DNA of 32,000 bases from an uncultured archaeon (GCA_964354495.1 CAYHAA010000002.1:207154-239153), one strand, 5' to 3'; positions 16,845-25,375 are shown, numbered from the stretch's first letter. Notes: a model not told the origin generated them from the sequence alone. Made by a program: numbers and translations.

Positions 16845-18230
16845 ATGTCAGGCGCCAAGACTTCCACAGACACTGATGATACAACAAAGTCTGCAGAAAT
16901 GTTCGCAATCGGGATTGGTGAGTGTGGTTCTAATATTGTAGGATCGTACCTCCAGACCAGCCGCGACAATAAGCTGCCATCTCGTGTTCGTGGTTACCTT
17001 TTGATCAACACCGACCGAGCAGACCTCACGAAGGTACGGCAAAAATACCGAATTCCCAAGGAGAACACCCTTCTATATGGAGCATCAGAAATTGGTGTAG
17101 GTGGTCGCTTCATGGATGGATACAATGCAATCATGGAGTCCAAGGACATCATATTCGACCAACTTGCCAACTTGGGCTTTGAGGGAGTCTCGGGATTCTG
17201 TATCTTTACATCCTTAGGTGGTGGTACAGGCTGCGGCGGTACCCCTGCACTGATTGAACTACTCAAGCAGAGGTTCCAAGAGGAAGAGGGCAGACGTATC
17301 TTTGTTTATGTTGTTGGTATTCTTCCCTTCGAAGGGCAGTCAAGTGAAGCTCTGAACTCCATTTGGGCGGTCTCAAAGCTGCTTCGTGCCCAGCTTCAAG
17401 AGCGTGGCGCAGACCTCACGATCTTGCTGTCGAACAGGACTATGCTCAAGCGTATCCTTCAGTGGAGGAAGGGCGATACTGTCGACTACCTACGGAAGGA
17501 ACTTGCAGTTGACATAGCAGACATCGACTCCATTGAGAGTATGGTTCCCTCGACACTCGATGAAGGCAGTGCTGCTGAGACTCGAACTGAACAAGCTTTC
17601 GTAGAACTTGTCAACCCACTCGCTCTTGATGTTGTTGAAGCAATGCTATCACCCGGTGTCTGGGAGAGCGCAAAGGATGTCTTTCCAACCACTGATCTAG
17701 CAGACTACGCCCGAAAACTTGACCCGGTAGTTGTTCCAGCTCTGTACACCGATATTGGTCTCATCCCTGATGCAGGCAGTATGCCAAAACAACTTAGAAC
17801 GATGATTGACTATGCAGTGAAGGAATGTAGTTATGCTGACGTCGGGGAGGAGCCCAACGCAGAGAGTGTATACTATGTACTGTCGGGTCCGACCCACATA
17901 GCAAAAGCTGAGTACGGGATGCATCTCAAAGAAGCTCTGGAAAAATTCATCGCACCAGGAGCCGCAATTACTCCGTGCTATGTGCAATACCATATTCCTG
18001 ATGCAAAGACAAACTTGCTCCTTCTTCTCGGTCTGCCAAAGATACCAGAACTAGTCACTATCATCAATGAAGCCACGCAGCTGGTGAACCTTCATAGTGG
18101 TGCATCGCCGTTGAAACAAGGCTGGTTCATGCGGTCCAAAGGAACATCAAGAAAAGAGTTGGTCGATGCAATAAATGACTTCCGTGAGCTATTCAGCTAC
18201 TACATGAGTCCGGGAGAATCAATAGAGTAG
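16845..18230 (+). CDS. Tubulin/FtsZ superfamily GTPase (divergent, CetZ/FtsZ3-like with tubulin-like features)
   Basis: T1 IGIGECGSNI (aa 22-31), LINTDRADL, GVGG, signature SLGGGTGCGGTP (aa 123-134), VGILPF, LTILLSN (N197), H7 VNPL (N257), T7 TTDLADY (D284, D287) and a C-terminal LLLLLGLPKIPEL strand/helix. Confidence 0.92.
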   Translation: MSGAKTSTDTDDTTKSAEMFAIGIGECGSNIVGSYLQTSRDNKLPSRVRGYLLINTDRADLTKVRQKYRIPKENTLLYGASEIGVGGRFMDGYNAIMESKDIIFDQLANLGFEGVSGFCIFTSLGGGTGCGGTPALIELLKQRFQEEEGRRIFVYVVGILPFEGQSSEALNSIWAVSKLLRAQLQERGADLTILLSNRTMLKRILQWRKGDTVDYLRKELAVDIADIDSIESMVPSTLDEGSAAETRTEQAFVELVNPLALDVVEAMLSPGVWESAKDVFPTTDLADYARKLDPVVVPALYTDIGLIPDAGSMPKQLRTMIDYAVKECSYADVGEEPNAESVYYVLSGPTHIAKAEYGMHLKEALEKFIAPGAAITPCYVQYHIPDAKTNLLLLLGLPKIPELVTIINEATQLVNLHSGASPLKQGWFMRSKGTSRKELVDAINDFRELFSYYMSPGESIE

Positions 18231-18244
18231 TGGAGTGTGTCTAG

Positions 18245-19309
18245 TTGTCAGATGACGCTTCTTTCCATTCCGCGGACCTGATTGACAGATTGCTGCTCAT
18301 TGTGACGCTAAACTCCACATTGATCCATTTCCTCCTGAGCACCCAGGTTGAGGAGACCGTAGATCCGGATAGAGTTGATTCTCTTACACAGGGACTGCTG
18401 AGAACAAGAAAATGGATGGAAGAAGCCACAACAATGAAGGGCATTCCTCCTTCAACTCAAAATATTCTCAGTCTGATCGTCAAACGTCTGGCCCAGATTG
18501 AAAGTCTATTACCAAAGTTATCCAGTAAGGCAAAGGAGGCAGAGATAACCCCGGCACATGAGATTCTGTCCCTCCTTGATTCAGGACACGAAACAAGTCG
18601 CGCTGAGCAGCTTGAGCCAACTCAGATTCAGGGTACTGAAACTGAGCTAGTTCCACCCGCAGTACAAGTACCTGTGAAGCCCCTAGAGGCATACAAAAAG
18701 GTCGACGTGGAAGATGATATGTTTGGTCTCATTGGGCAGACTCAACGCCTGATTCAACAATACAGTCAGAGAGAGCACGTTCTTCTGCCAACTTTTTGGT
18801 TGGAGGTTTTGAGGGAGGTCCACAAGTATAAGTCGGATTCACCCTATTTGGGTGATGTTATTGAACAACCGTCCCGAATCCTGGCAAGAATCATAAGGGG
18901 ATTATTGACAGAGGCTCCAGGTGCTAGACTGCTGCAGGAACTTATGAAGAACCGTGAGCAGGAGAGCTATGTCAGTAGTTCGGAGATTGAGAGAATCGAA
19001 CGAGCAGTCGCCAAGTATTTTGCAGGTGTGGAGGGAGTCCTGAAGGAGGACAAGGTGAATTCCAAGGAGAAGATTCTAGAAGCTCAGACCGCATTTGATG
19101 GATTTGGATGGGGCGGCCCAGATCTTGAGAAGCGTCTGATTAAGAGACTGAATCAAGAATGCGAGGAGGCTCTTCATAATGCTGAATCTGCAACGGATGA
19201 GGCAAGAAAGGTCATCTACGCTGAAGTGACCAAAATGCTATGTAAGCTCCAGCATGCAATTCTGGCCGAAGCTCGACTTCAAGAGATGTTCACGCAAATG
19301 AAACCATAG
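18245..19309 (+). CDS. Hypothetical alpha-helical protein (354 aa), third gene of the tubulin-like operon
   Basis: TTG start 14 nt after the tubulin-like stop, with GGAG 9 nt upstream. It has two helical regions joined by a P/E/Q-rich linker. I recognise no family motif. Confidence 0.75.
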   Translation: MSDDASFHSADLIDRLLLIVTLNSTLIHFLLSTQVEETVDPDRVDSLTQGLLRTRKWMEEATTMKGIPPSTQNILSLIVKRLAQIESLLPKLSSKAKEAEITPAHEILSLLDSGHETSRAEQLEPTQIQGTETELVPPAVQVPVKPLEAYKKVDVEDDMFGLIGQTQRLIQQYSQREHVLLPTFWLEVLREVHKYKSDSPYLGDVIEQPSRILARIIRGLLTEAPGARLLQELMKNREQESYVSSSEIERIERAVAKYFAGVEGVLKEDKVNSKEKILEAQTAFDGFGWGGPDLEKRLIKRLNQECEEALHNAESATDEARKVIYAEVTKMLCKLQHAILAEARLQEMFTQMKP

Positions 19310-19350
19310 ACACGAAAACAGTCAGTTCTGATGGCTTGATTGCACAGCTC

Positions 19351-19356
19351 ATATAA
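19351..19356 (+). promoter_or_regulatory. Possible TATA box (ATATAA) for the acyl-CoA synthetase gene
   Basis: AT-rich hexamer about 45 nt upstream of ATG 19397 in an 87-bp gap. Confidence 0.3.
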
Positions 19357-19396
19357 GCAATACCGCACCTGAGATTGACATGCACGAGGGAGAGAT

Positions 19397-20803
19397 ATGA
19401 CCGGCATAAGAACCATGCTGAGCCCGAAAACGACAGCTGTTGTGGGAGTATCAACATCAAATCCCTTCTCGCCTGGTAATGTCATCTTTAGAAAACTAGC
19501 CTTCGAAAACGGTCTCCGTACATACCCAATCAATCCGAAGGGGGGTCTTGTCGAAGGAGTTCAGGTTTACAAGTCAATCGCGGAAGCCCCAGATGGCATC
19601 GATCTCGCTGTCATTTCTATACCTGCAGAGTATGTGCCAAAGACATTGACAGAATGCGGCGAGAAAGGCATCAAGGCAGTCATCGTTGTTTCCGGTGGTT
19701 TTGCTGAGATTGGAGGAGAAGGAGTAGATCTACAGTCAAAGATTGTGGCGATTGCAGATGAATACCATATCTCCATGGTTGGGCCAAACTGCATCGGTGT
19801 CTATGTTCCAGATCTGCTGGATACATTCTTCCTCCCTTCAGAACGTGTTGCTCGGCCTCGAAAGGGGCACGCTGTGATTATCTCACAGAGCGGGGGTTGG
19901 CTCGTTGAGAGGCTAGAGGAGTTCGCAGCGAGAAAAGTCGGTATTGCAGCGGCAGTCTCTATCGGAAACCAAGCTCAGATCAAGGTAACTGACTTCATTG
20001 AGTACTTTGGCAACGATGATGATGTGAATGTAATCGTTTGCTACTTGGAAGGATTCGGAGAAGGAGGCGGACGCCGGTTCGTCAAAGCCTGCAGAAAGAT
20101 AGTGATTGAAAAACCAGTAATTGTTTTGAAGGGCGGAGAGTCAGAAGCTGGTCACAGAGCTACTCAAAGCCACACTTCATCCCTAGCCGGAAACCAGGCT
20201 GTTGCAGGAGCTGCATTCCAGCAGTATGGGCTAATCCATGCAAGGGATGAAGATGAATTGATGGCGTATGCGAAAGTCTTCTCATTCGAGCCCAAACACA
20301 TGAGGAGTAGTAGAATCGGAGCCCTGTCTGTGAGCGGAGGCCATGGGGTCCTAGCTAGTGATGAGGCCTCTCCGTATGGACTTGAATTCCCACAGTTTTC
20401 TGCGGAAGAGCAAAGTCTGATGCGAGAGGTAATGACGACCGCCTATCAGAGCATCGCATCGTTTAGAAATCCATGTGATCTCACGGGAAGTGCTTCAGAT
20501 ATCGACTTCGAAAGAGTTTTGGCCAAGATGCTCACAATTGAGAGAATAGACGCAGGTCTCCTGCTATTGCTTCCGTATGCGCCTGGTATTTCTCTTCAGA
20601 TTGGCGCGAGAATTGCCAACGTGTCAAAACAACAAGCGAAACCTGTGGTGGTATATGTGCCAGACCTAGAGAAGTACGAGGTCATCATCAGGGGATTCGA
20701 ATTGAATGGCGTTGCAGTGGCAGATACTATTGAGGAAGCAGTTCAGATGCTGAATGGTATCAGAAAGAGGACGAAGTTCTTGCAGGGCATTGGCGCCTGC
20801 TAG
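19397..20803 (+). CDS. acdA: Acetate/acyl-CoA ligase (ADP-forming), alpha subunit
   Basis: CoA-binding domain (AVVGVS, YPINPK, DLAVISIPA, SGGFAEIG, MVGPNCIG), ISQSGG, SIGNQA, YLEG, phospho-His motif QSHTSSLAG and NPCDLTG. Confidence 0.9.
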   Translation: MTGIRTMLSPKTTAVVGVSTSNPFSPGNVIFRKLAFENGLRTYPINPKGGLVEGVQVYKSIAEAPDGIDLAVISIPAEYVPKTLTECGEKGIKAVIVVSGGFAEIGGEGVDLQSKIVAIADEYHISMVGPNCIGVYVPDLLDTFFLPSERVARPRKGHAVIISQSGGWLVERLEEFAARKVGIAAAVSIGNQAQIKVTDFIEYFGNDDDVNVIVCYLEGFGEGGGRRFVKACRKIVIEKPVIVLKGGESEAGHRATQSHTSSLAGNQAVAGAAFQQYGLIHARDEDELMAYAKVFSFEPKHMRSSRIGALSVSGGHGVLASDEASPYGLEFPQFSAEEQSLMREVMTTAYQSIASFRNPCDLTGSASDIDFERVLAKMLTIERIDAGLLLLLPYAPGISLQIGARIANVSKQQAKPVVVYVPDLEKYEVIIRGFELNGVAVADTIEEAVQMLNGIRKRTKFLQGIGAC

Positions 20804-21930
20804 GTTCCGCCTGCCACTTTCTTGTAGTCAATGTCGAGAGATTGCAGTGCTTCGACTAGTCGCCCCTTTATTATCAATTGTCTGGATGAGAAGTCTGCCA
20901 CGCTTGAACACCCTGTCAGATACATTGCCACTTTGAGACCTTCAAGCATACGCTCTAACTCGACAACCACATCAAGACTGGAACCGAATGTAGCTGGTCG
21001 CAAAAGTGGGTGGGCAACACCTGCAGCGATGGCTCCCAGACTCAATGCCTTGGCAATGTCAAGACCTGATCTAACGCCACCTGTTGCAATCACGTCAAGT
21101 TCAGTTGAATCGAGAACCATGATAATACTCAAGGCAGTTGGGATTCCCCAGTCCCAGAATTCAAGGCCTAATTGAGCTTTCACATCATCATCATCCTTGA
21201 GCGCGCGGAAGTACTCTACTGCAGCCCAACTTGTGCCGCCCACGCCTCCTACATCAACACCATCCACTCCAATCTCCTCAAGACTAGAAGCGACATCTGA
21301 AGATATGCCGGCTCCTGTTTCTTTTACAATCACAGGGACATCCACAGAATCGACAATTGCGGCTATGTTTTCCAGCACACCCTCGGAATTGCAGTCCCCT
21401 TCAGGCTGAACGGCTTCCTGTAGCGGATTGAGATGAACCGCAAGAATATCAGCCTCAATCATTGAAACAGCATCAGCGGCTAGACCCACATGCGTTGCTC
21501 CGATGTTGGCGATGAGAGGGACCGATGGAGCTTTTTCACGAACAATCTTGAAGGTGTCAATTAGCGATGGATCTTCAAATGCAGCCCTCTGACTGCCAAC
21601 TCCTATGGGTAGTCCTAGCTCTTCTGCTGCTGTGGCTAAGCGTTCGTTGATACCAAGAGTCTTAGGATGACCCCCTGTCATTCCTGCAATGACAAGGGGA
21701 GCCGAAGCCCTGAGGCCGAAGAAGTTGGATGTAAGGTCTATCTTGTTCTTGTCTATCTCAGGCAGCGCATTGTGAACAAGGTCGATGTCCTCGAACATAG
21801 TTGACCTGCGACACTGGACATCTTCCTCAAGACATATCTCGATATGTTCAATCTTTCTTCGGCGTGTGATTGATGTTTCAGTCTCATCATATTCTGATTC
21901 ATCTAGGCCAAGGGGTTTATCGTGAGCCAT
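20800..21930 (-). CDS. fni: Isopentenyl-diphosphate delta-isomerase, type 2 (FMN-dependent)
   Basis: RRRKIEHIEICL, GMTGG, GVGSQR, NIG, HLNPLQE, VIVKETGAG, GGVGGTSW and ATGGVRSG. I use ATG 21930 rather than the track's 22053. Its stop overlaps the acdA stop in the palindrome CTAG (20800-20803). Confidence 0.96.
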   Translation of the reverse strand: MAHDKPLGLDESEYDETETSITRRRKIEHIEICLEEDVQCRRSTMFEDIDLVHNALPEIDKNKIDLTSNFFGLRASAPLVIAGMTGGHPKTLGINERLATAAEELGLPIGVGSQRAAFEDPSLIDTFKIVREKAPSVPLIANIGATHVGLAADAVSMIEADILAVHLNPLQEAVQPEGDCNSEGVLENIAAIVDSVDVPVIVKETGAGISSDVASSLEEIGVDGVDVGGVGGTSWAAVEYFRALKDDDDVKAQLGLEFWDWGIPTALSIIMVLDSTELDVIATGGVRSGLDIAKALSLGAIAAGVAHPLLRPATFGSSLDVVVELERMLEGLKVAMYLTGCSSVADFSSRQLIIKGRLVEALQSLDIDYKKVAGGT

Positions 21931-22076
21931 CCGTCTGCCTCCGAGTGTGACTGAGGTGTAGGCAAGAATGCAGATAGCACTTACGGTTCGTTTGCAGAGA
22001 TTCGGTCGTGCACGGCATTTGCGTGATGCGAAGGCTTTATTCCAGTCTTGCATTGATTAGGACTCAAGTGTCCAAG

Positions 22077-22622
22077 ATGGCAGACGAAGAGAAGTATCGA
22101 GTCGAACCTCAGGAAGTGGAAGAACAGGAGGAGAAAAAAGGATTCTTCAGACCGCTTCCTCAACCTGAACAAAAACATAGGAGCACGGATGGCAAACGTC
22201 CCCAACCTGTTGTCAGACTTCTCGGAATCTCGATGTATGAAAGACATCGAGACATTCTGCTCATAGTATTGATGCCCGTGCTGACAGGTCTGATCGATAC
22301 CGCTATTTACTCCTTCGTCACAATAAGCGCAGTAGAAACAAATGCAACATACATGTTCTTATTCCCGGCACTAGCTGCAATACCAATTGGCCTAGTTGTA
22401 TCGGAAACAGGTCCAGCGTTGGTAAGTGGATTTCTTAGTGCCATTTTTTTTATGGTCTTCTTTGTGACCTTTCTTACTTCTCCTGGAATAATGCTTCCGG
22501 AATTGGGAATTGGTGACTTCATAATCAGCGGCATTGCCCTTGCCGTGGGATCCTTCATCTTCGTGGTGGTCGCTAGTATTCTTGGTGTGGTGATTGGCAC
22601 AGTAGTCCGAGAGTTCGCATGA
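22077..22622 (+). CDS. Hypothetical membrane protein (about 4 TM) with a charged N-terminal tail
   Basis: E/K/P/Q-rich N-terminus followed by four hydrophobic segments. I prefer ATG 22077 to the track's 22008. Confidence 0.7.
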   Translation: MADEEKYRVEPQEVEEQEEKKGFFRPLPQPEQKHRSTDGKRPQPVVRLLGISMYERHRDILLIVLMPVLTGLIDTAIYSFVTISAVETNATYMFLFPALAAIPIGLVVSETGPALVSGFLSAIFFMVFFVTFLTSPGIMLPELGIGDFIISGIALAVGSFIFVVVASILGVVIGTVVREFA

Positions 22623-22719
22623 AAATCAGGAGGACCGAATTCGAACATCCCAAAAGAGGCGTAATTGGCTTTCATCTTTAGAAAGGCTAATGTAGGCCAT
22701 CTTGCCAAGTCATTGTGCA

Positions 22720-23871
22720 ATGCGACACAGACTTGTTTACCCCTATTCTGATGCACTACTCGGATACGAATTAGGCAAGGACCATCCGTTGAGACCGGAG
22801 AGACTGAAGCTCACTCATATTCTTTCTGAACAACTGGGGCTCACTGAGAAAGTGGATCAGCTTGAACCTGAGCTTGCCTCAAGAGCTGACCTAGAGCTCT
22901 TTCACTCTTCCGAGTACATTGAAGCTGTGGAACGGTGTGGCGCGACTCTTGGCTCGGATCCGGAGCACGGGCTAGGTACTCCGGATAACCCTGTATTCCC
23001 CCAAATCTATGAAACGGGAGCGAGATATGTGGGTGCCACGCTTGATGCAATGAAAAGTATCATTAATGGAGCGTCCAATGCATTCTCAATTTCAGGAGGG
23101 CTTCATCATGCACATCGAAATGCCGCATCGGGATTCTGTATCTTCAATGACATTGCAGTCGCAATTAACTATCTCAAGAAGAAGAAAGGCGATGGTATCC
23201 GGTGCCTGTATTTTGATATTGATGCACATCACGGTGATGGGGTTCAGAATGCATTCTACCGCGATAAAAACGTGCTTACTATTTCAGTACATCAAACGGG
23301 AAAGACCCTCTTTCCTGGCTCTGGATTCGTGTATGAAACTGGAGGGGCTGAAGGAACTGGTTATTCAGTGAATGTGCCCTTGATACCCGGAGCAGGAAGC
23401 CCCGAACTCATCAAGACCTACGAGGAGATAGTAGTACCGCTCTCTGAAACTTACAAACCAGATTTGCTCGTCACGCAGCTGGGTGTGGACGGCCATTATT
23501 TGGACCCCCTTGCACATTTGGCGTATACGTCCTATGGATACGAAACGGTTGTCCGAGGCCTAAGAGACTTAGCCACTGATATCTGTTCCCTTGGCTGGCT
23601 TGCAGTTGGAGGTGGAGGCTACAATCCGGCAAACGTAGCTCGCCTTTGGACACTGTTCTTGTCGATTATGCTGGATGAGAAGGTACCAAAGGATGTACCA
23701 GAGGAGTTCAGGAATATATGTGTAGCAATGGGATTCGACGGTTGCCCGAAAACGATGAGAGACGAGGACGAAGTGGTCCAGATGTACTTCTCACGAGAGG
23801 AAGTATCATTGGACCTTGAGAGAACTCTCCGAAGAGTGCAAGAACTGATCTTTCCATATCATTCACTTTGA
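22720..23871 (+). CDS. Histone deacetylase family protein (AcuC/class I-like)
   Basis: HPLRPER, GTPDNPVF, SGGLHHA, GFCIFND, YFDIDAHHGDG, FPGSG, QLGVDGHYLDPL and GGGGY. The likely start is ATG 22720. Confidence 0.95.
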   Translation: MRHRLVYPYSDALLGYELGKDHPLRPERLKLTHILSEQLGLTEKVDQLEPELASRADLELFHSSEYIEAVERCGATLGSDPEHGLGTPDNPVFPQIYETGARYVGATLDAMKSIINGASNAFSISGGLHHAHRNAASGFCIFNDIAVAINYLKKKKGDGIRCLYFDIDAHHGDGVQNAFYRDKNVLTISVHQTGKTLFPGSGFVYETGGAEGTGYSVNVPLIPGAGSPELIKTYEEIVVPLSETYKPDLLVTQLGVDGHYLDPLAHLAYTSYGYETVVRGLRDLATDICSLGWLAVGGGGYNPANVARLWTLFLSIMLDEKVPKDVPEEFRNICVAMGFDGCPKTMRDEDEVVQMYFSREEVSLDLERTLRRVQELIFPYHSL

Positions 23872-23892
23872 TGGGACTGACTAATCGCGGAC

Positions 23893-24507
23893 CTACCTTA
23901 TCTGATTATCAATCCATTTGCGAAGTATCTTGATAACAAGGTCTGAAGCGGCCGCCATGATTATCGAGTCTGCGTCTTCTGATAGAAGTGAAGAAGGATC
24001 AACTCCAGACTGCGCTACGCGAAGAAGAGATGGGTAGCATAATAGTCCAAGACCTTGGACTACGTCAAGAGAGTCATTGCCTGTTATTTGGAAATCTGTG
24101 CCAAGTTTCTCAGATGGGACTATTTTTGAATCGGTATCAAGAAGCTGAAGTAGTACGTCAAGCGTGGCAATAATCTCAACGTCGGGCTCAATGCATTCCT
24201 CGAATACCTCTGGCGTTCCATCGTCGAAGACGAGCGATGCAATCTCGTCAATGTCGACTGCACGAAAACATATGGTCAGATTCTTGAAAGACTCCATTGT
24301 CGTCTGCATGTATTCTTCAAATCTCTCATCGGATAACTCATTGAGATGTTTTGCCTCTTCAAGACTGATATTCAAAGCTGCTCGACAACCATCTACAACA
24401 GGTCCAAGATACTCCATTAGCATATACTTATCCTGGTTGATAGCACCTGCAATATTGCGAAGCCTTCTCTCCAGTGTAGCATAGCCTCTCTCACTCTCTT
24501 CGGTCAA
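23893..24507 (-). CDS. Hypothetical acidic protein (204 aa)
   Basis: The ORF fills the gap between the HDAC and amidohydrolase genes and has a protein-like, D/E-rich composition. TTG start; no motif recognised. Confidence 0.65.
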   Translation of the reverse strand: MTEESERGYATLERRLRNIAGAINQDKYMLMEYLGPVVDGCRAALNISLEEAKHLNELSDERFEEYMQTTMESFKNLTICFRAVDIDEIASLVFDDGTPEVFEECIEPDVEIIATLDVLLQLLDTDSKIVPSEKLGTDFQITGNDSLDVVQGLGLLCYPSLLRVAQSGVDPSSLLSEDADSIIMAAASDLVIKILRKWIDNQIR

Positions 24508-24619
24508 TATCAGTCAAGCTGGGAGGCGTAAGACTGCATATAGAGGTACTGCTGGACACATGGGCATATCATACATTTACTGAAAAGGACAATATGCATG
24601 GTTTATTCGATGGTGTCCG

Positions 24620-25375
24620 ATGACTACTGACATACATACGCACTTGGGGACAAGTCCAAATGAAGTTCTGACTGTGAATTCAGAGAATCTCGTTGAAGAA
24701 GTGGACATGCTAATCTCACGAATGGACACCTTTGGAATTGACAAATCAGTGCTTGTACCAAATGAGCCGAAAGTTCCCACAAGCCTCTACATCAAGGCTG
24801 CTGATATCTACCCAGACAGGCTGTTTTCTGCGTGTTCTATTATTCCAAGGCCGATGGACCGGGCAAAACAACAACTAGAAGGATACGTCGACCAGGGATG
24901 CAAGGCACTGATTCTCAGTGACGATATTTACTACCCCTCCGACCCCGCAGCTCTTGCATTGGTACATGCAGCCGTTGCAAAAGACATTCCCGTATACCTT
25001 CAGAGTAACGAACTGACCGGGGAAACAATATCATTCCTAGATTCTATCACGACAGTGTATCCTGAAGGCAAATTCGTTGTATTGAGTATGGGAGGCCTCT
25101 TTGGTTTTCCACAACTCATTCCTTTAACATCTCGACCGAATCTATGGCTGGAGCTCTCAACCACATTTGCCAAGCTTGTAGAATCCCCGCTCAGGGTCTA
25201 TCTCGATGCGATTGTTCAAGATATCGGTGTGCGAAAACTCGTCTTCGGCTCTGGCTTCCATAGCCAGTATCCGGATATGATCGCAGCTCTAAACCTGATA
25301 GATTTGAACATTGAAACACGCAGATTAGTCATGAGGGAGAATGCTTGGGTGATATTGGGTGTTAGTTTCTCATAA
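24620..25375 (+). CDS. Amidohydrolase-family (TIM barrel) protein, probably degenerate
   Basis: N-terminal DIHTH, MDTFGIDKSVL, YPDRL, PVY, YPEGKFVV, PNLWLELS and KLVFGS, the layout of the Amidohydro_2 family. Confidence 0.8.
   Translation: MTTDIHTHLGTSPNEVLTVNSENLVEEVDMLISRMDTFGIDKSVLVPNEPKVPTSLYIKAADIYPDRLFSACSIIPRPMDRAKQQLEGYVDQGCKALILSDDIYYPSDPAALALVHAAVAKDIPVYLQSNELTGETISFLDSITTVYPEGKFVVLSMGGLFGFPQLIPLTSRPNLWLELSTTFAKLVESPLRVYLDAIVQDIGVRKLVFGSGFHSQYPDMIAALNLIDLNIETRRLVMRENAWVILGVSFS

Noticed and set aside
16845-18230. Calling the GTPase canonical FtsZ, or a TubZ plasmid-partition protein
   Set aside because: It lacks FtsZ's GGGG/GGAG T1 loop and the GAG...G motif in typical form, and has no FtsZ-type neighbourhood. 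There is no TubR-like HTH gene, iteron array or replicon genes adjacent.
8852-19373. Identical 10-mer CGCACCTGAG in two intergenic regions (8852-8861, 19364-19373)
   Set aside because: A 10-bp match is expected by chance at this sequence length, and the positional contexts differ.
21931-22076. Possible tRNA or ncRNA in the divergent fni gap (contains GGTTCG)
   Set aside because: No cloverleaf stems could be built around the T-loop-like hexamer.
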